From a virus: DNA of 64,000 nt. The notes under the pieces are model-generated. The model worked only from the letters and a program-made list of their open reading frames with translations. It made no database searches and was not told the DNA's origin. The first letter of the stretch is position 1. Each line of letters begins with the position of its first letter. The translations under genes were made by a program, and so were the position numbers. Below, piece after piece: positions 53,216 through 62,704 of the stretch. Location of the stretch: UHGV virus genome UHGV-0326994; one strand, given 5' to 3'.

Positions 53216-53741
53216 GGTTTACCTTAGAAATGTTTGTTGCAAATTCACATTGAGCAATAACTTTCATATTGTTATAGACATCTTGAGAGTATTTCTTAGC
53301 TTTAGGAATTTTGTATGAATACCCAGCATTATAAGATGCTAAAACTTTTTGTAAAGTCTTCTTTGACTTTGGCTGACCATGTACCTTCGTCCAAAACTCA
53401 AGCTCTTTGTGTGTTTCTTTTGCGGCATAATCAAAATCTTTTAAAAGTTTCTTTTTAGCCACATTAGGACTAATTTTGTTACGCTTTACAACAGTCTTCA
53501 AGTGATTCTGGAAAATACCATAGTCATGTGTCTTTTTATTCTCTACCTTCAGACCTAACTCTGACTCTTGTAAGGCTATAGCAGCTAGAGTGATACCCCA
53601 ACCTTTACCCATATTATTCTCACCATACTGGTAAGCTTTTAACATGTTTACTTTTTGGCTAATTGATAGCTCTGGGCAGTCAACTGCATAAGATAAGTGT
53701 GCTGTAAACATTAAGCACAAACCTAGAATCAATTTCTTCAT
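53193..53741 (-). CDS. secreted lytic-transglycosylase-like protein
   Basis: 182 aa; signal peptide MKKLILGLCLMFTAHLSYA; SLT-like ALQESELG...YGIFQ motif. Confidence 0.45.
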   Translation of the reverse strand: MKKLILGLCLMFTAHLSYAVDCPELSISQKVNMLKAYQYGENNMGKGWGITLAAIALQESELGLKVENKKTHDYGIFQNHLKTVVKRNKISPNVAKKKLLKDFDYAAKETHKELEFWTKVHGQPKSKKTLQKVLASYNAGYSYKIPKAKKYSQDVYNNMKVIAQCEFATNISKVNHEKIKKV

Positions 53742-53841
53742 TGGTTCTCCTGTTTAGTTTATCGTGACAACAATTATACAGTACTCTGCACAAAATACAA
53801 ATAAAAAAGGCCGCCGAAGCAGCCTTTTAAGAAATTACTTA

Positions 53842-54951
53842 TTAGATTTCACGTTTACGTTGAGAGATGAGTTCACCAGCAGTGCCAACGATGACATGCA
53901 AAGCTTCAGTCTTACCATCCCATGCTTTCAGCACTTTACGTTGGTTATCAACGATTGCTGCAACTTCATAACGAGAGGAACGCATCTTCATATCGTTGTA
54001 ATCAGTTGGGACAGATACAACATCTCGTGGATGGACACGAACCTTCAGAATTGTATCACCTGAGAAGCAACGAACATAATCCCAAGCACCAACATGAAGA
54101 CCCTGAGAGCAAGTCACATTACGGTTATTATCAACCATCCAACGTGGCATTTCTACAATGTTACCCAAGTCATTAGGTACTCTGTAGGTGTGGGAGTCAA
54201 CCAGCTTGCCTTCACGAGTAGAGACTTTCTTCCAACCAATGATGTAGCCTTCTTCATCAATTTCAACATCAAGGTGAGATACGAAGCCCCAAAGTTGTTC
54301 TACAGAATCTTTAGATGGGTTTTCCATCAGTTTTTCGAAGAACATTACAAGTCGTTCAAAGCCTTTATCACCAGTCTTCATCATGTGAAGAATACGGTCA
54401 ACCAGAGTAGAACGCATCTCAACAGCACCGTAGAATAACTTGTCACCTTTGATTGTGATAGCACCCTGAGTGAAGTTTTCGATAGACTTACGAATGTTCA
54501 TCAGTTCAAAGGCTTTCTTGAACTCACCTTTCACAACATGAACTACAATCTCTTGATAGTTCGGATGAGTAGACTCAACAATTTCAGATTCTGAACCGTA
54601 AGTCATAATTACAGAGTCACCAGTAATCATGTACTCAATCTTGTCATCTTTCTGCATAGCTTCATGCAGTTTATTTACCGGAGCTTTCTGTACAGAATCT
54701 TTAACAACCTTTTCAACTGGCTTGTCAGCTTTCTTTTTAAAGGTCTTAGCAACTTGTTTCAAAGTCTTTGTAGCTGGTGTAGAAGTTGCCTTCTTCTTCC
54801 CTTTTAAGGTTGCTTCATGACGCTCTACAGCACGACCGACTGAACGGGTTGAAGTATTGAATTTCTGTGCAATAGCTGTTTTGGTCAGCTTACCTTCTTT
54901 AACCAGTTTGTAAATTTCTGCGTCAATCTGTGCTTTAGTTTTAGTAGTCAT
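53842..54951 (-). CDS. rIIB: rIIB-like protein
   Basis: 369 aa immediately downstream of rIIA with basic N-terminus; call rests on synteny and size. Confidence 0.55.
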   Translation of the reverse strand: MTTKTKAQIDAEIYKLVKEGKLTKTAIAQKFNTSTRSVGRAVERHEATLKGKKKATSTPATKTLKQVAKTFKKKADKPVEKVVKDSVQKAPVNKLHEAMQKDDKIEYMITGDSVIMTYGSESEIVESTHPNYQEIVVHVVKGEFKKAFELMNIRKSIENFTQGAITIKGDKLFYGAVEMRSTLVDRILHMMKTGDKGFERLVMFFEKLMENPSKDSVEQLWGFVSHLDVEIDEEGYIIGWKKVSTREGKLVDSHTYRVPNDLGNIVEMPRWMVDNNRNVTCSQGLHVGAWDYVRCFSGDTILKVRVHPRDVVSVPTDYNDMKMRSSRYEVAAIVDNQRKVLKAWDGKTEALHVIVGTAGELISQRKREI

Positions 54952-55000
54952 CTTATTACTCTCTCTTGTCAGTTAATAAATCATTTTGTGAGGCTATTCT

Positions 55001-55020
55001 AAGGGGCTTCAAAGCCCCTT
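55001..55020 (-). terminator. GC hairpin between rIIA and rIIB (weak terminator or attenuator)
   Basis: aaggggct-tcaa-agcccctt; no clear U-run. Confidence 0.35.
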
Positions 55021-55030
55021 GTCAAACATT

Positions 55031-57397
55031 TTAATCGTAAATTGTAGTCCCTTCTGGAACACACTTCACATCAAAGCCTAAGAACTTACTCACTTCGATA
55101 GGTGACACTTTATTCCAATCTAAATGAGAAAGCAAGAAGTTTTCTTGTTTTCTTTTTGAAAGATAGTTTGTCACCTTAATGACCATACGGTCACCAGCTT
55201 TCTTAATTTTCTTGTACAGCTTTGTGTCGTTGTCAAGGCATTCTTTCAAAGTTTGCAATCTACTAACAGTGTAAGTGTATGCAAACGGTGCAGCAACGTA
55301 TTGGATTTTACCGAACATTGCCTCTACAGCCTCTTCATTACCTTCTAGGAAGATAGTTTTGTTTGTATCCCGTGAATAGCAATAACCACGAGAAATCTTC
55401 CTGTTATTGAATGTAAAGTTTCTGGCAATAATCCAGCTACTTGTAAGGTCAAGAACACCATTCATGTAGATGCGTGTCATATACCTGTTATGATTAATCC
55501 AATGAACATCAGTTAAGCTGTCGTTCAAGAGCTTCTCATCTACTTCAATCCAGTCTTCTGGTATCTTTTTCCAATTTGCTTTTCGGAAAACATAGACTGT
55601 CTTTCCAATAACATTTGCAACTGACTTAGCTACATCTTCTGGAGATGAGCAAAAACACTCACCATCAACTGTGTCACCAACTGCCTTAATGTAAAGCTGA
55701 GGTTCTTCAATTGTGTCTAAGTCTTCTGATACCTCTTTGTAGGAGGCTACACCTTCTGCTGGGACAGCTTTCCAGAGTTTTACAACACCTCTTACAGCTT
55801 CTTTACGCTGGTAATGGTGTTCCTTATCAGACATTTTCACAATCTTTAACAAGCTTTTATCAAGTCTGTGCAGATTGATTAAGTCATCTAACTCTTTTTC
55901 AGTAGAGAATACAAAGACAATACCATTGTATCTGTGAAACAGACCTGACTCACTGGCATAGTCTCGACATGCACCACGCAAGATTTGGTTGCGTCCTACA
56001 GTCTTCTCAGTACCATTTTTATTGCGACGGTCATTAATAACAAACAAAAACTGTTCAATTTGGCTTTTACGCATTGCGCCAAAGATATTGAACATACTTG
56101 CCTCTTGAGTGTAGGAAAGTGCTGTTGCACGAATCTTACTCTCTAAAGAGTTGAACTTGACATAAGCAACCGGATTGTACAGGAAGTCAACTTTAGGGAT
56201 ATTGTTTCCTTTGCTGTCAACCTTAATATTGCCTTTACCATCACGTTCATAAATAACTGAGCCGTCTTCTGCGTAAATAATCCCCCGACGAATGTTTAGT
56301 AATTCTTCTTCCAGAGACTCAAGTTTAACACCACCCCACTCTAGCTTTGGACACACAGCATTAAACATCTCTCGTGAGTTCAAACGTAACTCAGCATAAG
56401 CCTGTGCAGCGTCCATGAGTGTAGGTTGATTATTAACCCCCTTAATAACATCCCTTGTAATCGCTTCAGTTATCTTTTTAGTAGCCTCAATGATAACATT
56501 TTTTGTCGTATCATTCATCTGCAATGCTTCACGAGAAGCTGCAATAGCAACTGAACCAATAGGCATGTAAATGTTTACAAGGTCTACACTCCTACGGAAA
56601 AATTCTGGCAAGACTTTGAAGAAATCATCTCCAAGTAGCGCTTCCATGTTAACTGGATAGGCAATATTACCCATCACCACATTAAACTCTGTCCTGTTAC
56701 CACTAGAACGCCAGCTTTGCTTATGAATCATGGCATCATAGACACCCTCTTCACGGGCAATGACGTTCATATCTGCTAATACATCGTCGTACACAATATT
56801 ACTTTCTGGTTTTACAGCAAAGTATGAGTATACATTACCAGCTTCTTCAAAGAACTTTGAGATACGATGGTCAGCAACTGCTACACGTACAGCTAAACCA
56901 TTAGGCTCTTTTGTTGGGTTAGTGGTTAGCTTGGTTACTTGAGGAATACCATTCTCAAGATAAACAGAGTATTTATTAACAACACCATCAACGTAGCTCG
57001 ATACTGTGAATGACTGAGCAATTGCAAACGGTGACTTTGAACCGATACCCATTGCACCAATGTAGTCATTAGAGTCATTCTTTGTAGAAGCCCCGTAGTT
57101 TAGATACAAACTCATAACTTTATCATGAGTCAATCCAGTTCCAAAATCACGAACTTCAAAGTAAGGCTCAAAACGAGTAGGCAAATGCACATGGAATGGG
57201 ATGTTCTCTTTTCCAGCTTCTTTCTGAGCATCTACTGCGTTACATGACAGTTCACGAATAACTGCCCTTTCTTTAAATGTATATACACCAGAACTCAAAA
57301 GGCTGAACATTTCAGGTGTCATTGTAATCTGTGCTTGAGACGTCTCTAAAGAAGTTGAACTTTTAATCACTTCTGCGTGGTCGTTTACCATGCGCAT
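55031..57397 (-). CDS. rIIA: rIIA-like protein (GHKL ATPase-like N-terminus)
   Basis: 788 aa; N-terminal RELSCNAVDA...DFGTGL...GAMGIGSKS ATPase-lid motifs as in rIIA. Confidence 0.7.
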   Translation of the reverse strand: MRMVNDHAEVIKSSTSLETSQAQITMTPEMFSLLSSGVYTFKERAVIRELSCNAVDAQKEAGKENIPFHVHLPTRFEPYFEVRDFGTGLTHDKVMSLYLNYGASTKNDSNDYIGAMGIGSKSPFAIAQSFTVSSYVDGVVNKYSVYLENGIPQVTKLTTNPTKEPNGLAVRVAVADHRISKFFEEAGNVYSYFAVKPESNIVYDDVLADMNVIAREEGVYDAMIHKQSWRSSGNRTEFNVVMGNIAYPVNMEALLGDDFFKVLPEFFRRSVDLVNIYMPIGSVAIAASREALQMNDTTKNVIIEATKKITEAITRDVIKGVNNQPTLMDAAQAYAELRLNSREMFNAVCPKLEWGGVKLESLEEELLNIRRGIIYAEDGSVIYERDGKGNIKVDSKGNNIPKVDFLYNPVAYVKFNSLESKIRATALSYTQEASMFNIFGAMRKSQIEQFLFVINDRRNKNGTEKTVGRNQILRGACRDYASESGLFHRYNGIVFVFSTEKELDDLINLHRLDKSLLKIVKMSDKEHHYQRKEAVRGVVKLWKAVPAEGVASYKEVSEDLDTIEEPQLYIKAVGDTVDGECFCSSPEDVAKSVANVIGKTVYVFRKANWKKIPEDWIEVDEKLLNDSLTDVHWINHNRYMTRIYMNGVLDLTSSWIIARNFTFNNRKISRGYCYSRDTNKTIFLEGNEEAVEAMFGKIQYVAAPFAYTYTVSRLQTLKECLDNDTKLYKKIKKAGDRMVIKVTNYLSKRKQENFLLSHLDWNKVSPIEVSKFLGFDVKCVPEGTTIYD

Positions 57398-57425
57398 AAT
57401 ACTTTCCTCTTAGTTTACTGTTAAA

Positions 57426-57602
57426 TTACTTATTAAACATTTTACCAGAACCACCACACATAGGGCAACAACCTGCTCTTGTATACCCTTCTCCGCTACA
57501 GTAGTCACACTTTTTGTGTTCTGCAAAGTACTTACAAAGAAGGCAAACAAATATTGCTACACTACCAAGTGACAGTAAAATTTCTATCCAATATGCTTGC
57601 AT
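57426..57602 (-). CDS. small membrane protein with two CxxCxGxG zinc-finger motifs (not in ORF track)
   Basis: 58 aa MQAYWIEILLSLGSVAIFVCLL...CDYCSGEG...CPMCGGSG; GAGGTGA RBS 4 nt upstream of ATG. Confidence 0.45.
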   Translation of the reverse strand: MQAYWIEILLSLGSVAIFVCLLCKYFAEHKKCDYCSGEGYTRAGCCPMCGGSGKMFNK

Positions 57603-57931
57603 GACTCACCTCTCATGTTTTTGTAAAGGATAAAGCTTCTGTCATGAACGATACTTGTAGATACTGCAAAGTTACTTTCAAGCATCTGTTTGTTTGGATT
57701 GTAGAAGCTTTCTTTAAACTCGTCAAGTGCAAATTGGTGATGTTGTGGAAGACCTTTTACACAAACCTTTATTGTGATTGCTGCTGCAACCTTTCCAGTC
57801 AGTTCTTCTTTAGCTGCTACTAAAATTTTGTTGAGGAACTTATGACCATCTTCAGGCTTTTTGATGTTCTCCCAACGTTCTTCTAAGACAATGTTGATGT
57901 TCATTTCTTTGATTTTCATATCTTTTACCAA
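57584..57931 (-). CDS. hypothetical protein
   Basis: 115 aa ORF. Confidence 0.35.
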   Translation of the reverse strand: MVKDMKIKEMNINIVLEERWENIKKPEDGHKFLNKILVAAKEELTGKVAAAITIKVCVKGLPQHHQFALDEFKESFYNPNKQMLESNFAVSTSIVHDRSFILYKNMRGESCKHIG

Positions 57932-58269
57932 GTCCAGTTAACAAGTATGCCATCAAAACCTTTTGCTAAAGGTACACCCTCGTGTTCATAAAATTCAGGA
58001 TTAACTTCGAATCCACGATTTTCAATATACTCTATCATGTATTTCATTACAAAGCTAATCTCTTCATAGTCATCTGGGTCTCTGCCAAAGAACTGTTCTA
58101 TGACAAACATACCTTCTTTTGTAGCAAATTGACAGTGGTGATTGTAGATACCTTCACAGAACTTTTCAAACTTTTCTTTACCGAGAACTTCAAGGATGTC
58201 TGTATAGGCAACTTGCAAATACTTAGGTTGTACAGGCTTCTTATTAAACCATATAGAAAGATTATCCAT
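57925..58269 (-). CDS. hypothetical protein
   Basis: 114 aa ORF preceded by a terminator. Confidence 0.35.
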   Translation of the reverse strand: MDNLSIWFNKKPVQPKYLQVAYTDILEVLGKEKFEKFCEGIYNHHCQFATKEGMFVIEQFFGRDPDDYEEISFVMKYMIEYIENRGFEVNPEFYEHEGVPLAKGFDGILVNWTW

Positions 58270-58283
58270 AGCATTCTCCAGAA

Positions 58284-58308
58284 ATTAAAAAGGCTCCCGT
58301 AGGAGCCT
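58284..58308 (-). terminator. rho-independent terminator after nadV
   Basis: ggctcc-cgta-ggagcc with TTTTT on the minus strand. Confidence 0.65.
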
Positions 58309-58322
58309 CTTATCATATACTT

Positions 58323-60104
58323 TTAAAGCTGCTTGTCAATATTATTTCGAATATCACCAAGAGATGTGTAGCCATACTGCTCAGAATCACTAAAGACTAA
58401 GCGTAGAGCACAAGCTGGATGTTCAAGTGCATCTGCAAAGCTCTGGAATCCATAACCATCTACAGCTTTCAGTTTATCACCATCCCACATAGGTGCTACA
58501 CCACCAAAAGCAGACTTCTTAACACCGCTATCTGTTTTAGGGTCTTTTGCAAGCATAATCTCTTTACCACCAATGCTTGCAAGAGTCGCTTTAACAGCAA
58601 ATGCAAAGGTGTCACGAGTCATGTACTGGTAAGTGTAAGAGCCTACGCCAAACACTACGTTAGAGCTTGCAAAACCCATTTCATACAGACGCTTCAGGAT
58701 TTCGTTTGCACGTTCCAGTGTGATAGAGTCACCATAGATAAGGCCAATGTGTTCATCCAGTACCTTAAAACCTTTGGAGTTGATAGTCCCTCCGAAGATG
58801 TTATACAGGGTCTTAATAGCCCCATCAATCTCTGCTACAGGGCGTGTTACAACGTTTGCAGAACCAACCATATAAGCGTTCTTCAACAGCACTGTATCAG
58901 CAACTTCAAAGTCTTCTCTGTCAACAACCATTTCGTAGCCTTCTGACAGTAGCCATCCAGCAATACCATAGCTGATGTTTTCAAGCTTCATATTCAGAAC
59001 AGCATTCAACATTGTGTCGCTGGCTTCCAACTTACTAAGGTGCTCATAATAAGCCTTTTTAGCGCACTCTAAGTGGATTGCTTTATAACCTGTGACAATA
59101 TGTACAGGGTCTCCAGAGTCAGGACGAATTACCAGTTTACCGTCACGTTCCATAATCTCTTTGCGAAGTGCTGGTAAGATTTCTGACACAGTTCTCCAGA
59201 AGTTATAAGTATCTGAAACAACACTTGCAATACCAGTCGGGTAAGTCTTTGTTAAGAAACGACGGAAGGTCTGCAACTCACCTTTAAAGCGTCTTTCCTC
59301 TTCAATCAATTCATTACCACCTTCCCAAGCAATGTTTGCACACATTACAGAGTGTTCAGTGGCTGGTACAGAACCACCAATATCAGAGACTGGGTAAGAC
59401 TGTCCGTAGATGCGTTTAGCTGTATATACAGCAGGGAAGCTATCAGTCCCTTTAAAGCTGGTCAAGTGACCTACAGCATTAAATGCGTCATCAGTAAAGC
59501 CGGACATACCACGCATAGCAAAGTCATGGCACTGATAAGGTAAATGTAAGTCATTGTCACAAGTAAGGTCAGCCCACTTCTTACAGATGCGTTTGTAGTG
59601 CAATGCAATAGTTGCAATGGTACAAGCCTTCCAAATCTCAGCAGAGAAAGCATCTTCCAGATAACCTGCTACCCAATGAAAACCTGAAACAGTGTTCTGG
59701 AAGACAATCATTGGTACACGCATCGGAACAACTGTACCTTCTTCTACAGCGTATACCTCAACTGGCAGATAGCCTAAGTCGTGAAGTGCTTCCCAATGTT
59801 CTCGACCAATAGCATCTTTACCAAGAACACCGTTCATGACTTCTAAGATTTCGTCAATTGCTTCTTTTTTATCACGTTCAAAGAAAGTGGCGTTCCAATG
59901 GTCTATCAAGTAATCTTTAACAAAACGTTGAATACCAAAAGCTACTACACCGTCAATTGCTAAGGGGCTGTTAAACCATTTGTCGCTACGTGGTGTCAGG
60001 TTGAACATCAAGTACTCTGTTGCGCTAGGATACTGGTAAACATGACCAGATTTGTAAGCATCTGCATTTAAACCTGCTGGTACTGCGTAAAGTGATTTAG
60101 TCAT
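58323..60104 (-). CDS. nadV: nicotinamide phosphoribosyltransferase (Nampt/NadV)
   Basis: 593 aa; size and N-terminal AYKSGH motif typical of Nampt; adjacent to PRPP synthetase. Confidence 0.8.
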   Translation of the reverse strand: MTKSLYAVPAGLNADAYKSGHVYQYPSATEYLMFNLTPRSDKWFNSPLAIDGVVAFGIQRFVKDYLIDHWNATFFERDKKEAIDEILEVMNGVLGKDAIGREHWEALHDLGYLPVEVYAVEEGTVVPMRVPMIVFQNTVSGFHWVAGYLEDAFSAEIWKACTIATIALHYKRICKKWADLTCDNDLHLPYQCHDFAMRGMSGFTDDAFNAVGHLTSFKGTDSFPAVYTAKRIYGQSYPVSDIGGSVPATEHSVMCANIAWEGGNELIEEERRFKGELQTFRRFLTKTYPTGIASVVSDTYNFWRTVSEILPALRKEIMERDGKLVIRPDSGDPVHIVTGYKAIHLECAKKAYYEHLSKLEASDTMLNAVLNMKLENISYGIAGWLLSEGYEMVVDREDFEVADTVLLKNAYMVGSANVVTRPVAEIDGAIKTLYNIFGGTINSKGFKVLDEHIGLIYGDSITLERANEILKRLYEMGFASSNVVFGVGSYTYQYMTRDTFAFAVKATLASIGGKEIMLAKDPKTDSGVKKSAFGGVAPMWDGDKLKAVDGYGFQSFADALEHPACALRLVFSDSEQYGYTSLGDIRNNIDKQL

Positions 60105-60116
60105 CTTTTAGTCTCT

Positions 60117-60141
60117 CTCAAAATGGGGCTATGAAGCCCCT
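60117..60141 (-). terminator. hairpin between prs and nadV
   Basis: ggggct-atga-agcccc followed on the minus strand by ATTTTGAGAG. Confidence 0.5.
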
Positions 60142-60149
60142 ATAAAGTT

Positions 60150-61046
60150 TTAATCAAGGTTTGCTACAGTAACTTGACCATAATGTGTTAACCCACGGTC
60201 TTTAGCTTCCCCTAAAGAGTTTGTAGTGTAGATATGGTCAATACCATTGTCAAGTAAGTTTTCAACACCTTTAGAGAAGATACCATGTGTTACATAGAGT
60301 TCCACACGTTTTGCACCTGCTTCACGTAGGTGTTTCGCTGCCTCTATGAAGGTTCGTCCTCCATCACAAATATCATCCAGAATCATGACTGTTTTATCTG
60401 TCAAATCAACATCATCAAGGATTCGCATACCAGTGATTTCACCAGTCTTGAGGTTACGTACTTTAGACATTGTGATGTATGGCTTATCCACTTCTTTAGC
60501 AGTCTCTGCAATCTTCTTAGCAGCACCTGCATCTGGGGCTACTAAGTAATCAACCAGTGGGTCATTTGCATAGTGGACTGCAATTTCCTTTTGAGGAATA
60601 CTCTGGAAGCAGTTAAACAGGTTATCTGGTACATAGCTGTGAGGGTCAACTGCACAGACTGCATCAAAACCCATTGCATTAACCTGTTGTGCAAACACTT
60701 TCAAAGCTGCTGCATCGCCTTTAAACATGTGACGGTCATAACGTGCATTTGGCAAATAGTAAAAGATAATGGTCTTCATAGCAAACTTATGGGGTACTAA
60801 ATCATCAATTGCTTCTTTAGCAAGTGCCACAGCAAACAATGTGTCTTTATCATAACCTTTTACAATCATAATCACATTGTTGATGGATGATGCTGCATAA
60901 GCAGTGAAATCAACAAACTCTGGTGAAAAGTGTCCACCAATCTCACCAGAAGGGAATTGGATGATGTTAAACTCTTCTTCGTGAGTCCCTTTAGTGGGTG
61001 AATGGACTGTAACACGGATAGATGTTTTCATAGTTTTCTCTCTCAA
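60150..61046 (-). CDS. prs: ribose-phosphate pyrophosphokinase (PRPP synthetase)
   Basis: 298 aa; PRPP-binding motif VMILDDICDGGRTF and flexible-loop region. Confidence 0.8.
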   Translation of the reverse strand: MREKTMKTSIRVTVHSPTKGTHEEEFNIIQFPSGEIGGHFSPEFVDFTAYAASSINNVIMIVKGYDKDTLFAVALAKEAIDDLVPHKFAMKTIIFYYLPNARYDRHMFKGDAAALKVFAQQVNAMGFDAVCAVDPHSYVPDNLFNCFQSIPQKEIAVHYANDPLVDYLVAPDAGAAKKIAETAKEVDKPYITMSKVRNLKTGEITGMRILDDVDLTDKTVMILDDICDGGRTFIEAAKHLREAGAKRVELYVTHGIFSKGVENLLDNGIDHIYTTNSLGEAKDRGLTHYGQVTVANLD

Positions 61047-61321
61047 TCAAAAGTTACGTTTGTTACTGCCATTGCAGATTTGCATTTTGCAGGGTCTACA
61101 ATGTGATAAAGTACACTACAGTTGCCTGTGCTGTCTGGTACAGGCTTTACCCATTGTTGCTTGACAGTTGGTTCTCCTAAATCTTTGTATGAACCATCTG
61201 TAAAATTGTTTAACATCTCAAGTGCAATTGGTTCTGGAACATGACCTCGTATCATGTACATCTCACAACCATTACCACCTTCGCTAACTAATGGTAAAAT
61301 CTCCCACTTTTCTTTAGCCAT
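61043..61321 (-). CDS. hypothetical protein
   Basis: 92 aa ORF overlapping the prs start. Confidence 0.35.
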   Translation of the reverse strand: MAKEKWEILPLVSEGGNGCEMYMIRGHVPEPIALEMLNNFTDGSYKDLGEPTVKQQWVKPVPDSTGNCSVLYHIVDPAKCKSAMAVTNVTFD

Positions 61322-61829
61322 TGTAAGTTGCCCTATAAACTGTCTCGAACTTCAACAGGAGAGATATTGCCAAATCTGTATAGTTGTTGTCAAGAACATC
61401 TGGCATATTATTTTTGATATATTTCTCTTGTTCTTCATAGGTCATCTTAGGGGTGCTTAGAAGGTTATTTCCTTGCTTCTGGTTGTCAAGTTTAGTCTGG
61501 ATAAACCAGTTTGCACAGTGATGCTCACCACCCTTTGTAACAGGTTTGTGGTGGCCTAATGTGAAGGATTGACTACCTGTGTATCTGCAAAGTTTATTGA
61601 GCACTGTAATGGTGTTCTTCACAACAAACAATTCATACAGATTATCTATAGTGTAGTGTGGGTAATAACGGAATAGTGCTCTTTCACGAGTACTTTCACG
61701 ATTCCAGAGAATCATGTGATTGGAGTTTGAGGGGTCGTATTGATGGGAGTCAATGAACTCTTGACGTTCCTCAAAGCTGAGTCTTAACACTGACATTGCA
61801 GCAGAACGTTTCAGGTTTGACAGATACAT
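61314..61829 (-). CDS. hypothetical protein (possible His-Me nuclease-like; weak)
   Basis: 171 aa; GHHKPVTKGGEHHCANW segment. Confidence 0.3.
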   Translation of the reverse strand: MYLSNLKRSAAMSVLRLSFEERQEFIDSHQYDPSNSNHMILWNRESTRERALFRYYPHYTIDNLYELFVVKNTITVLNKLCRYTGSQSFTLGHHKPVTKGGEHHCANWFIQTKLDNQKQGNNLLSTPKMTYEEQEKYIKNNMPDVLDNNYTDLAISLLLKFETVYRATYNG

Positions 61830-61880
61830 TTTATCTCCAAAATAAAAAGGGAACCTTTACAGTCCCCTTATAGTATCTGT

Positions 61881-62201
61881 TTACTGAGCTACTTTCAAGA
61901 TGCTTGTGAATGAGATTTCACTCTCATCCATAAACTCTTTTGCTTCTCCAGTAACTTTTACAAAGTTATCTAGGCAGATAATCTTCTTATCTTTCTTGCT
62001 GTAGGTTAGCTTAACCTTTTCAATATCTTTCTTAGAGCTTTTCTCTTCATTGAAGAGTTTTACAGCTTCTTTGAATGGTAGATATGAACCATCATTGTCA
62101 CTAATGAACCCTGTACCACAATAGTAGTAGTTATACTCTTTAGCCATAAATTGGCACAGTACGAAAATCTGTAATTTACGAGTGTTATAAACTTTGCTCA
62201 T
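61881..62201 (-). CDS. hypothetical protein
   Basis: 106 aa ORF. Confidence 0.35.
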   Translation of the reverse strand: MSKVYNTRKLQIFVLCQFMAKEYNYYYCGTGFISDNDGSYLPFKEAVKLFNEEKSSKKDIEKVKLTYSKKDKKIICLDNFVKVTGEAKEFMDESEISFTSILKVAQ

Positions 62202-62203
62202 GA

Positions 62204-62536
62204 TTATTTAGCCTTCTTGTTACGTTTACGGTTACGAGCTTTTTTAGCTGCACGTTTAATTGCTGCTGCACCAGTTGGTCGATGTGCTTGTTTCTTACCA
62301 CCTTTACCACGACCTACGTAGATGCTTTTCATAATCTCATTAGCCAGATTCTCATCCATCTTGAAGTTTTGCATAAGATGGGTCACATCAACACCAGTGA
62401 GCATACCTAATGATGCCAATGCTGCTTTTACTTTTGATTTAAAACTGTTCCAGATTCCCATTTCACTATCTCTCAAACTTTTATACAGAAGTTGATTAAC
62501 TCTTCTGGAGTAATACCGACTCTCCACATTCCACAA
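62204..62536 (-). CDS. small protein with highly basic C-terminal tail
   Basis: 110 aa; C-terminus RGKGGKKQAHRPTGAAAIKRAAKKARNRKRNKKAK; true start may be an internal Met. Confidence 0.35.
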   Translation of the reverse strand: MWNVESRYYSRRVNQLLYKSLRDSEMGIWNSFKSKVKAALASLGMLTGVDVTHLMQNFKMDENLANEIMKSIYVGRGKGGKKQAHRPTGAAAIKRAAKKARNRKRNKKAK

Positions 62537-62704
62537 AAGAGGTTTGTTTTGTAGTACTCTCCAAACTTTTCATCTAAGACTAGAAATACACCTGCTCCAA
62601 CTATACAAGCAAGAGATTCTAAACCATCCTTCCCGTGGTTATCAGATGTAAACTTAGTCCACTCATCTAATAACTCACTGTTGTATGTGTATAGCCCTGC
62701 TATA

